Assembly: GCA_035476755.1 (NCBI GenBank)
Contig: DATILF010000333.1
Span: 992 to 64,991, forward strand
Source of the DNA: Ramlibacter sp.
GTDB lineage: Bacteria; Pseudomonadota; Gammaproteobacteria; Burkholderiales; Burkholderiaceae_C
Length of the DNA: 64,000 nucleotides
Direction: 5' to 3'
Shown in pieces: positions 35,999-44,473 of this stretch (positions are counted from its first letter, which is position 1; each line of letters starts with the position of its first letter). Position numbers and translations under genes: made by a program. Below the pieces are notes generated by a model that made no database searches, was not told where the DNA came from, and saw nothing but the letters and a program-made list of their open reading frames with translations.

Positions 35999-37441
35999 TC
36001 ATCGCGGCACCCCGACAATCACCGTCTTCAGCTCGGTGTAGCCGAGCAGGCCTTCGGCCCCCATCTCGTGGCCGTGGCCGCTTTCCTTCCAGCCGCCGAA
36101 GGGCATCTCGGGCTGCGAGACTCCGAAGTGGTTGATGCCGACCATGCCTGCCTCGATCTCCTCGGCGAGGCGATGTGCCGTGACCAGGTCGCGCGTGAAG
36201 GCGTAGGCGCCCAGACCGTAGGGTGAGTCGTTCGCCTTCGCGATGGCGTTAACGAGTTCGTCGAAGGGTTCGATGGTGGCGATGGGACCGAACGGTTCGG
36301 TGTTCGCGAGCCGGCAGGCCGGCGGCACGTCCGTCAACACGGTGGCCTCGAAGAAGTAGCCCGGCCGAGCCGCGCGCTTGCCGCCGCACAACAACCGCGC
36401 GCCCTGGTCGATCGCCTCACCAACCAGCGTTTCCATATCGTCGATGCGGCGCGCATGGGCCAGCGGCCCCATCTGCGTTTGCGCATCCAGGCCGGGACCC
36501 AGGCGCAACGCGCCGGCCGCCTTGGCGAAGCCGGCACTCCAGGCCTCGTAATGCTTGCGGTGCACATAGAAGCGGATCGGCGAAGCGCACACCTGGCCGG
36601 CGTTGCGGTACTTGGCCACCACGGAGGTCTTGAGCGAGAAGTCGAAGTCGGCATCCTCGCAAACGATCACCGGCGCGTGGCCGCCGAGTTCCGGCGTGTA
36701 GCGCTTGACGCCGCGCGCGCACATCTCGCCCAACAACTTGCCCACTGCCACCGACCCCGTGAACGAAACCTTGGCGATGGCCGGGTGTGCGATCAGCAGC
36801 GACGAAACCTGTGCCGGCTCGCCGCATACCATGTTCAACGCATCGGGCGGCACGCCGGCATCCAGGAAACAGCGCACCAGCGCCATGCAGCTCCCCGGTG
36901 TCTCTTCAGCCGGTTTCACGACCACGCTGCAACCGGCGGCCAATGCGCTGCCGATCTTGCGGGCCGGCAGGTTGACGGGGAAGTTCCAGGCCGTGAAAGC
37001 CGCCACCGGGCCCACTGGCTGGCGCATGACGGTCTGGCTCAGGATGCCGGCCACGCGCGGCGGAACGGTGCGCCCGTACAGCCTCTTGGCCTCCTCGGCC
37101 TGGAATTCGATGATGTCGGCCGACAGCGTGACTTCGCGCAGTGCCTCGGCCAGTGGTTTGCCCTGCTCCAGGGTCAGGACGTGCGCGATGTCGGCGGCAC
37201 GCTCGCGCATCAGGTCGGTCGCGCGCCGCAACACCGTGAAGCGCTCCAGCGCGGACAGCTTGCGCCACTGCGCGAAACCGCGCCGCGCGGATTCGGCCGC
37301 CGCGCGCAGCTCCGGTTCGCCGGCCAACGGCAGTATGCCCAGCGTCGATTCGTCGGCTGGGTTCAGCACAGGACGCTCACCGCCCGAGGTTTGCGTCAGC
37401 CATTGGCCGCCGATATGCAATGCAAGGATGGGATACTTCAT
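35999..37441 (-). CDS. NAD(P)-dependent aldehyde dehydrogenase (succinate-semialdehyde dehydrogenase-like)
   Basis: WNFP, KPAEETP, FTGS, ELGGHAP, GQVC, EPFGP, PFGGWKESG. Confidence 0.92.
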   Translation of the reverse strand: MKYPILALHIGGQWLTQTSGGERPVLNPADESTLGILPLAGEPELRAAAESARRGFAQWRKLSALERFTVLRRATDLMRERAADIAHVLTLEQGKPLAEALREVTLSADIIEFQAEEAKRLYGRTVPPRVAGILSQTVMRQPVGPVAAFTAWNFPVNLPARKIGSALAAGCSVVVKPAEETPGSCMALVRCFLDAGVPPDALNMVCGEPAQVSSLLIAHPAIAKVSFTGSVAVGKLLGEMCARGVKRYTPELGGHAPVIVCEDADFDFSLKTSVVAKYRNAGQVCASPIRFYVHRKHYEAWSAGFAKAAGALRLGPGLDAQTQMGPLAHARRIDDMETLVGEAIDQGARLLCGGKRAARPGYFFEATVLTDVPPACRLANTEPFGPIATIEPFDELVNAIAKANDSPYGLGAYAFTRDLVTAHRLAEEIEAGMVGINHFGVSQPEMPFGGWKESGHGHEMGAEGLLGYTELKTVIVGVPR

Positions 37442-37586
37442 GCTGCGAAGGTAGCCCGGAGGTGGCTCCAGGCGTGATCGCATTCCCGCAATTCAACACC
37501 CAGGGAAAACCCTAGAATTCATTTCGACAACGACGTCCAGCGCGCCGGTACGCAACTTGCCGACTTGCCCTCTGACCCGCCGATCA

Positions 37587-38585
37587 ATGCCCGCCCTCGA
37601 AGACACCCCGCAACCGCCGACCGGCGAGTCCACGGCATGGCTGCGCCAAGTTGAATCGACGGACATCGACGAGCACGCGGCGGCGCAGCCACACTGGTCG
37701 CTGCACTACGACCAGCTGTCCAGTGGCGCCTTCATGGGCAGGTTCACGCATCTGCAGTTGCCCGGTCTGCGGCTGGTGTTCGAGAGCGCGAACCGGGCGG
37801 TACGGCAGCGCGGGAGCATTGGCGAGGGGCACTACGGTTTCGCGATGCTGACGCAGCAGGCTGGCGACGCCTTCTTCAGCGGGCAACGGCTGGACCACGA
37901 AACCATGATGATCGGCCGGGGGGAAGAACTGGACCTCTCGAGTCCAGCTTCTTTCAGCATGATCGGTGCCGTGGCCGATGGCGCTCTGCTGAGTTCCCTT
38001 TGGGAGGCCTTGTACCAAAAGCAACTTGCATCCTGGCTGGACAAGCAGGTCACGGTGCAGACGCGTGCCATCCTCGCCGAAGAACTGCGAACAACCCACC
38101 TGGCAATACTGGACCGCGTCGCCACCGCGCCCGCAGTGCTCAATGACCCCGTCGCTGTGATGCAGATGCGCGACGCGATCCTGATCGAGTGGATCGAGGC
38201 GATTCCGGCACAGGTCGATACCAGCGGGCTCAAGAGCGTGGAGGCGCGCAGGCGCGTGGTGAACCGGGCCTGCGAGGTGATGCTGTCGCAGCCCGACCAG
38301 CCGATGTCGGGCCTTCAACTCTGCAAACAGGTGGGCGCCAGCCCGCGCAAGCTGGAGTACTGCTTTCGCGACGTGCTGGGCACGAGCCCGGCGAAGTACC
38401 TGCGCACGGTGCGCTTGAACGGCGTGAGGCGCGACCTCAAGCGCAACACGAACGACGGTGTCGGCGTTTACGACCTTGCCGCACGCTGGGGTTTTTGGCA
38501 CCTCGGCGAGTTTTCAGCAGACTACAACCGCCAGTTCGGCGAACTTCCATCGCAAACGCTGCGACGGGCGCGCCAGTTGCGCTGA
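37587..38585 (+). CDS. AraC family regulator (EutR-like)
   Basis: YDQLSSGAF N-terminus; C-terminal SPRKLEYCF...RLNGVRRDL...WGFWHLGEFSADYNRQFGELPSQTL. Confidence 0.9.
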   Translation: MPALEDTPQPPTGESTAWLRQVESTDIDEHAAAQPHWSLHYDQLSSGAFMGRFTHLQLPGLRLVFESANRAVRQRGSIGEGHYGFAMLTQQAGDAFFSGQRLDHETMMIGRGEELDLSSPASFSMIGAVADGALLSSLWEALYQKQLASWLDKQVTVQTRAILAEELRTTHLAILDRVATAPAVLNDPVAVMQMRDAILIEWIEAIPAQVDTSGLKSVEARRRVVNRACEVMLSQPDQPMSGLQLCKQVGASPRKLEYCFRDVLGTSPAKYLRTVRLNGVRRDLKRNTNDGVGVYDLAARWGFWHLGEFSADYNRQFGELPSQTLRRARQLR

Positions 38586-38629
38586 AGTACGGGTCTTTGG
38601 CCGCGTCGCCACCCGGCTGGCTACGGAGA

Positions 38630-39598
38630 TCAAACCTCCCAGTACGGCGGCTTTCCGAATTTCTGGCTGAAATAGGTCACGAAGCTGCGCAACTGCTTGG
38701 ACTTGGAAAGTTCGGGGAGCCAGACGAAGCTGATATCGCGGGGCTCGGCGTCGCTGTCAAAGCGGCACTGCGGCAGCAGCTGCACCAGCTTTCCCTTGCG
38801 CAAGTCCTCATGCACGGCCCAGCTTGCCAGCAGCGTCACACCCATGCCGTTGCATGCGGCTTCCGCGAGAATGTCCGAGCTGTTCGCGGCCATAGGCCCC
38901 GCCACGTGCAGAGTGCGCATGGTGCCGCCGGACCAGAAGTGCCACACCCCCGTCGGTGCCAGCCGGGTATGGATGAGGCAAGGGTGCCGCGCGAGGTCTT
39001 CCGGGCTTGCTATCCTGCCGCGCCTAGACTCATAGCTCGGCGATGCGCAGAGAATTCTGCGCTGTTTGCCGATTTTCGCCGCGACAAGACGGCGGTCCGG
39101 AAGATGCCCGATGTGAAGCAGGAGATCCACTTCGTCGCGGACGAGGTCCACTTTCTCGTCGGTCAGCGTCAGCCGGATTTCCACACCCGGATTTGCGTCG
39201 CGAAAAGATTGTAGGTAGGGAAGGATGTGCTTCTTGCCGAACATCGGTCCGGTAGTCACCTTCAGCACGCGCGGGCTGGAATTCGATTGCCGCAGCAGTT
39301 CCAGCAACTGGTCCGCCGATCGCAGCATCTCCTTGCCGGAATTCACGAGCAGATGCCCGGCATCGCTGGGCGAGATGGTTCGCGTGGTGCGCTTGAACAA
39401 AGGGACGCCCAGCATTTGTTCCATGGCGAGCAGTTGCCTTGAGGCCGCGGGCTGCGACAAGCCGAGGCTGGCTGCCGCGTCGCTGATCGAGCCGCATCGT
39501 TCGATAGCGAGAACCAGCTCCACGCCCGCGATCAGCTGCACGCGGTCCGTCACTGCGCGCTGCTGCTTCAACTTGCGTTCACCGGAATCGTTGCCCAT
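38630..39598 (-). CDS. LysR family regulator (CrgA/DmlR-like)
   Basis: GSISDAAASLGLSQPAASRQL, LFKRTTR, CASPSY; exact start uncertain. Confidence 0.88.
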   Translation of the reverse strand: MGNDSGERKLKQQRAVTDRVQLIAGVELVLAIERCGSISDAAASLGLSQPAASRQLLAMEQMLGVPLFKRTTRTISPSDAGHLLVNSGKEMLRSADQLLELLRQSNSSPRVLKVTTGPMFGKKHILPYLQSFRDANPGVEIRLTLTDEKVDLVRDEVDLLLHIGHLPDRRLVAAKIGKQRRILCASPSYESRRGRIASPEDLARHPCLIHTRLAPTGVWHFWSGGTMRTLHVAGPMAANSSDILAEAACNGMGVTLLASWAVHEDLRKGKLVQLLPQCRFDSDAEPRDISFVWLPELSKSKQLRSFVTYFSQKFGKPPYWEV

Positions 39599-39649
39599 TG
39601 CCGTTGCGAGTCCTTGTGAGCGCGATCATAGTGCGACGGCCACCGATCT

Positions 39650-40606
39650 CTAGTTTTCCCAAGGCGACGCCCGCCACAGGGCGCGGTAGTCCCGGTCCTG
39701 GCGCTCCAGTTCTCCCTGAAATTCCCCAGGCGCCATGTACCGGACCGGCATCTTTTGGGTAGCAGCCTCCCGCTGGAATTCGGGGCTGCGCACAACGGCC
39801 GCGATGGCATCCGACAGGATACCCAGTACCGGTGCGGGTGTTCGTGCGGGCGCTGCAACTCCCCGCAAGGCGCTGATCACCACGTCGACACCCTGCTCGC
39901 GCAGTGTCGGCATCTGCGCCGCCGTTGCGGAACGCTGTTCCGCGGCCTGGCCCAGTGCGCGGACCAGACCGCCCTGAAGATCGGAAGAAGCATCCGCGAT
40001 GGTGATGAACCCGACATCCACGTCGCCGGCCAGCACCGCCTGACGGATGGGAACGGTACCGGAGTAAGGTACCGCCATGAGCTTTGCGCCGGTACTCTTC
40101 TGCAGGGACAGGAGCGCGAAATGCGGCAATCCACCATTGCCCGTCGTGGCCAAGTTGACGCCGCCAGGCTTGGCCTTGGCTTCGGCCAGCAAGTCCTTCA
40201 TGGACTGGAACCGGTGTTCCTTGCGGACAAAGAAGATGCCCACATCCTCCACCAGATTGGCGATGGGTGCGAGGTCGCCAAGCTTGTATTGCGCGGCGCG
40301 CTGGATAGGAAGCACCACTACGTTAGGAGCCGTAACGATACCGATCGTGTAGCCGTCGGGCTTCGCTCGGGCAATCGCGGCAAAACCTATTTCACCGCCC
40401 GCCCCTGGGCGATTCATCACGACGACTGGTTGGCCAAGCTTGCGCTCCAGGTGTCGTGCAAGCAGGCGGCCAGCTGAATCCGCGCCTCCTCCGGCTGGGA
40501 ACGGCACGATCATCGTGATCGGTTGCTCCGGAAACGCTGCATGTGCTTGCGCAGTGGCCGTGGCGGCGATCGCGAATGCGAGCAGGTGGTGGATCAGTCT
40601 GTTCAT
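39650..40606 (-). CDS. Bug/TctC substrate-binding protein
   Basis: Signal peptide; FPEQPITMIVPFPAGGGAD, NRPGAGG, KPDGYT. Confidence 0.92.
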   Translation of the reverse strand: MNRLIHHLLAFAIAATATAQAHAAFPEQPITMIVPFPAGGGADSAGRLLARHLERKLGQPVVVMNRPGAGGEIGFAAIARAKPDGYTIGIVTAPNVVVLPIQRAAQYKLGDLAPIANLVEDVGIFFVRKEHRFQSMKDLLAEAKAKPGGVNLATTGNGGLPHFALLSLQKSTGAKLMAVPYSGTVPIRQAVLAGDVDVGFITIADASSDLQGGLVRALGQAAEQRSATAAQMPTLREQGVDVVISALRGVAAPARTPAPVLGILSDAIAAVVRSPEFQREAATQKMPVRYMAPGEFQGELERQDRDYRALWRASPWEN

Positions 40607-40706
40607 CGCTGAATCTCCTTCGCTGTATTGAGCGGTTGATGCAAACGCTTTCCACTATTCTGGCCTGGTCGCACTGCGCTCGCACCCGTTCAAGCGCATG
40701 AGACTT

Positions 40707-40721
40707 ATGATTTTGGCGCAT
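40707..40721. promoter_or_regulatory. Putative LysR box in divergent Bug/cupin promoter
   Basis: ATG-N9-CAT (ATGATTTTGGCGCAT), T-N11-A pattern. Confidence 0.4.
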
Positions 40722-40792
40722 GACTTGTGCGAGGAATCCGTGAAATGCTCTCTGGAACGCAAAGAACCGTTTCACCAGCACAGGGCAATTTC

Positions 40793-41356
40793 ATGCAGCA
40801 ATCCACCTCAACCAGCAAGGAACAGATTGAACGACGGATAGCGCGCTATGGCGAGCTTCCGGGTACAACGAGTGCTTTCATCGATTCGCGGCTACCCGGC
40901 GGCCAAAAGCAGAACTTCAAGTTGGTCGCCGCGGGCAAGGGTATCTTCGAAAACCCCGACATGCGCCCGGCGATCCCTGTTCCGCACAACATCAACATGA
41001 GCTGGGTCCTGATCCCGCCCGGCGGCGGATCGAATCTGCACGACCATCCCGGCTCCGGTGCCGAACTTTTCATTCCAGTAGACGGTCCACTGACGATCTA
41101 TTGGGGAGACGATGGCGAGCAGCAGACGACACTGCAGAAGTTCGACTGCGTCTCGATCCCGGAGGGCCTGATGCGGGGCTTTCGCAACGACGGTGACAAG
41201 CCCGTACTGATGCTCGCCATCGTCGACGGCGGCGCCGCCGGCGGCGGCAGCGTGCGCTGGCATCAATCAGTCCTGGAGCGAGCGGCCCAGACCGGCCTGT
41301 ACCTCGATGCCAGCGGAAAATTGGCGCAGCGTGTCTCGGAAGGAGCAGAAAAATGA
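40793..41356 (+). CDS. Cupin domain protein
   Basis: PPGGGSNLHDH...ELF; second motif IPEGLMRGFRN. Confidence 0.85.
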   Translation: MQQSTSTSKEQIERRIARYGELPGTTSAFIDSRLPGGQKQNFKLVAAGKGIFENPDMRPAIPVPHNINMSWVLIPPGGGSNLHDHPGSGAELFIPVDGPLTIYWGDDGEQQTTLQKFDCVSIPEGLMRGFRNDGDKPVLMLAIVDGGAAGGGSVRWHQSVLERAAQTGLYLDASGKLAQRVSEGAEK

Positions 41357-41820
41357 CGAGAGTTCAGATCGCCCGCTATTCGAGCCTCTCGGGCAACAGG
41401 GCCGGCTTCCTCGACACCCGGCTGCCGGGTGGCGCTAAGGAAAACCTCAAGCTGATTGGCCGGGGCTCCTCCGAGAACCCATTCCCGCCGGCGATTTCCG
41501 GGGACCACAGGTATGTGATGAACTGGGTCAGGATCCCGCCGGGTGGTGGATCGCGGATGCACTCACACCCCACGCAGGAAGTCTTCATCCCTGTGGAAGG
41601 CGACATGACCATCTACTGGATCGCCGAGGATGGCGAAGAACACACGCTTGCTGCCCACCCCAGGGACTGCGTCTCTATGGAAGGTGGCGTGATGCGCGGC
41701 TTTCGCAACGACTCGGATGGCCAGGCGTTGATGCTGACCATCGTGACGGGCAATGACGCTGGCGGCCCCTTGCTTTGGCATGCCGATGTGGTGGCCGAAC
41801 AGAAGGCCCTTGCAACTTGA
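41353..41820 (+). CDS. Cupin domain protein (paralog of upstream gene)
   Basis: PPGGGSRMHSH..QEVF; GGVMRGFRN; ATGA overlap. Confidence 0.85.
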   Translation: MTRVQIARYSSLSGNRAGFLDTRLPGGAKENLKLIGRGSSENPFPPAISGDHRYVMNWVRIPPGGGSRMHSHPTQEVFIPVEGDMTIYWIAEDGEEHTLAAHPRDCVSMEGGVMRGFRNDSDGQALMLTIVTGNDAGGPLLWHADVVAEQKALAT

Positions 41821-41836
41821 CTCATCAGGAAATCCT

Positions 41837-42535
41837 ATGGACGATACAACCTCTCCGCTGACTCACGCTGACCTCGACCTGCTTGCTTTTTGGGACACCC
41901 CAACGATCTGCAATGCCCTTGAGCTGCTGGTGCCAGGCCTGCCGCTCACCTCTTACACGACCCACCCCGGAGTTGCGCTGGACGGGCCGTTCAAACCCAT
42001 GATCGGTGCCGCACGCGTGGGCAGCATCCGCGCCCGGAACAAACCCACCCAGCCAGCAGCCGACCGCTTCGACTGGTACGACTATGTCCAAGCCCGGGAC
42101 TTGCCGACGATTGTCATATTGCAGGATCTTGACGAGCGCCCCGGCGCCGGCGCTTTCTGGGGTGAGGTGCACTCCAAGGTACACCTCAAGCTTGGGGCAC
42201 GCGGCTGCGTCACGAATGGCTCCTTTCGGGACACGGACGCTTGGGCGCCCGGCTTCAAGATGCTGGGCGGCTGCTTGAGCCCCAGCCATGCACACGTGCA
42301 CCTGGCGGGCTTTGGCGCGCGCGTGTCGGTGCTGGGCATGGACGTCGGACACGATGACATCGTGCACGCCGACCACCATGGGGCCGTGGTCATCCCGCGC
42401 GATTGCGTGCGGCGTCTGCCCCACGCAATCGAAAGGATTGCCGCCAAGGAGCGCCGGACGCTGGACCTCTGCGACGCGCCGGACTTTTCGCCGGCCCTGA
42501 TGCGCCGCGTCCTCAAGGAGGGCCATATCCATTGA
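41837..42535 (+). CDS. RraA family / HMG-aldolase-like protein
   Basis: DTPTICNALE, GAFWGEV, TNGSFRD, DIVHADHHGAVVIP. Confidence 0.85.
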   Translation: MDDTTSPLTHADLDLLAFWDTPTICNALELLVPGLPLTSYTTHPGVALDGPFKPMIGAARVGSIRARNKPTQPAADRFDWYDYVQARDLPTIVILQDLDERPGAGAFWGEVHSKVHLKLGARGCVTNGSFRDTDAWAPGFKMLGGCLSPSHAHVHLAGFGARVSVLGMDVGHDDIVHADHHGAVVIPRDCVRRLPHAIERIAAKERRTLDLCDAPDFSPALMRRVLKEGHIH

Positions 42536-43512
42536 AGCAAGTGCAGCTAGGGATCGCCGGGTTGGGCTGGTGGGGCCAGCGCCTGGTAAGGTCCGTTCAG
42601 GGGATAAGCGACCAGGTCCGGTTCGTCGCCGCAGCCGTGGCCGAGCCTGCGAAGCGTACGGGCATCGCCGCGGAGCTGGGTCTCGAACTGACCTCTTCAG
42701 TGGAATCCCTGGTCCGCGATCCGCGCCTGGACGGGATCGTCATCGCCACGCCGCATTCGCTCCATCGCGAGCAAGTGGAACTCGCGGCCGCCGCCGGCAA
42801 GCACGTGTTTTGCGAAAAGCCGCTGGCCCTCACCGCGGACGATGCCCAGCGGGCGATTGCCGCGTGCGCGGCGCACGGGGTGCAACTGGCGGTTGGCCAT
42901 AACCGGCGGTTCGCGGCCAACGTTGCGTCGCTGTTCGACATCGTTCGCAGCGGCGAGCTCGGAAAGCTCCTGCACATCGAAGGTCACTGGAGCAACGAGA
43001 ACACGACCCGTTCCGACTTCGGGGCCTGGCGGGCGTCGCCATTGGAAAGCCCCGGCGCCGGAATGACCGGAACGGGCATTCACGCGCTGGACATCATGAC
43101 GGCGTTGTTCGGCAAGGCCGACGTGGTGAGGGTTCATCACAGCTCGCATTCGGCGCCGGGGGAGAGCGTGCGCGATGCACTGAGCGTGCTCCTGGAGTTC
43201 GAGGGCGGCGTATCGGGCCTCCTGGCCACGATACGGCCGACGCCGCGCTTCTGGCGCATCCACGTGTTCGGGCTCGATGGATCTGTCGAGGCACGCGGGG
43301 ATACGGAGCTTCGTGTTTACCGCCGCGGTGTTCCGCCCGAAGTCATGCAGTTGCCGCCGACCGACACGCTCCGCCGTGAACTCGAAACATTCGCCGAGAG
43401 CTGTCTGGGCCTGGCCGACTACCCGGTCACCGCCGACCATTTGGTGAACTGCGCCTGCGCGCTAGAAGGCATCGTGGCGCGCATGGACAACGAGGAGCCT
43501 CGTCATGATTGA
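42532..43512 (+). CDS. Gfo/Idh/MocA family oxidoreductase
   Basis: GLGWWG, ATPHSLH, GKHVFCEKP, GHNRRF, GIHALD; TTG start inferred. Confidence 0.9.
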   Translation: MKQVQLGIAGLGWWGQRLVRSVQGISDQVRFVAAAVAEPAKRTGIAAELGLELTSSVESLVRDPRLDGIVIATPHSLHREQVELAAAAGKHVFCEKPLALTADDAQRAIAACAAHGVQLAVGHNRRFAANVASLFDIVRSGELGKLLHIEGHWSNENTTRSDFGAWRASPLESPGAGMTGTGIHALDIMTALFGKADVVRVHHSSHSAPGESVRDALSVLLEFEGGVSGLLATIRPTPRFWRIHVFGLDGSVEARGDTELRVYRRGVPPEVMQLPPTDTLRRELETFAESCLGLADYPVTADHLVNCACALEGIVARMDNEEPRHD

Positions 43513-44473
43513 TGCCGCCATTCTGGGCCTCGGCTGGTGGGGTCAGGCGCTCGTTGCCTCCGTGCAGGGGAAGAGCGAGAGACTGCGCTTCGTCAAAGCG
43601 GTCGTGCCCGACGTCGCGAAGCGTGCCGCCGTCGCAGCCGAGTTGGGCGTTGGACTTTCCACGAGCTTCCAGGAAGTCCTCGAAGATCCCTCGATCGGGG
43701 CGGTGGTGGTGGCCACGCCCCACTCCCTCCACGTGGAGCAGGTCGTCGCTACTGCCCGAGCAGGCAAGGCCGTGTTCTGCGAGAAGCCGCTCTCGCTCAC
43801 GCGCGGCGGAGCGCAGCGATGCGTGGACGCCTGCGCCGCTGCCGGTGTGGTGCTGGCGGTGGGACACAACCGCCGCTTCATGCCGGCGATCGCGTACCTC
43901 CAGGACGCGCTCAGCCGCGGCCTGCTGGGCCAGGTGCTGCACCTGGAGGCGAACTCGAGCAACGAAAGCGCCCGCACGAGTTTCTCGGCATGGCGCGCCG
44001 AGTCGGCAGAGTCGCCCGCCGCGGGCATGACAGGAACGGGCATCCACCTGCTGGACCTGGCGGTCTCCCTGTTGGGCAAGCCGGAACGCGTCTTTGCGAG
44101 AGTGTCCGCCCATGGGCACACGGCGCCGCCAGAGGACACGTGCAACGTATTTTTCACCTTCACCAATGGCGTATCCGCCACGCTTTCGATGGTGCAGACG
44201 ACGCCACGCTTCTGGCGCATGCACCTTTTCGGCAGCGACGGGTCGCTGGAGATCCTGAACGACGACGAGATGGTGCTGTACCGGGCCGGCCAAGCGCCCC
44301 TACGCCAGCGCCTGGCCAAGGTTGCCGCGCTCAGGCTGGAACTGGACGCATTCGCCCAGGCCATAGACCGCGAGAGACCCTACCCCATCTCACCCGAGCA
44401 GATGCTGTGGACGGCGGCAGGAATGGAAGGTGTCTGCCGGTCATTGGCGACGGGCAGCGAGGAGAGCCTATGA
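43505..44473 (+). CDS. Gfo/Idh/MocA family oxidoreductase (tandem paralog)
   Basis: GLGWWG, ATPHSLH, CEKP, GHNRRF, GIHLLD. Confidence 0.9.
   Translation: MIDAAILGLGWWGQALVASVQGKSERLRFVKAVVPDVAKRAAVAAELGVGLSTSFQEVLEDPSIGAVVVATPHSLHVEQVVATARAGKAVFCEKPLSLTRGGAQRCVDACAAAGVVLAVGHNRRFMPAIAYLQDALSRGLLGQVLHLEANSSNESARTSFSAWRAESAESPAAGMTGTGIHLLDLAVSLLGKPERVFARVSAHGHTAPPEDTCNVFFTFTNGVSATLSMVQTTPRFWRMHLFGSDGSLEILNDDEMVLYRAGQAPLRQRLAKVAALRLELDAFAQAIDRERPYPISPEQMLWTAAGMEGVCRSLATGSEESL

Noticed and set aside
43537-44469. 694-aa serine hydrolase with a large extra domain
   Set aside because: The extension is an alternate frame of the Gfo/Idh/MocA gene; RBS and ATG are at 44470
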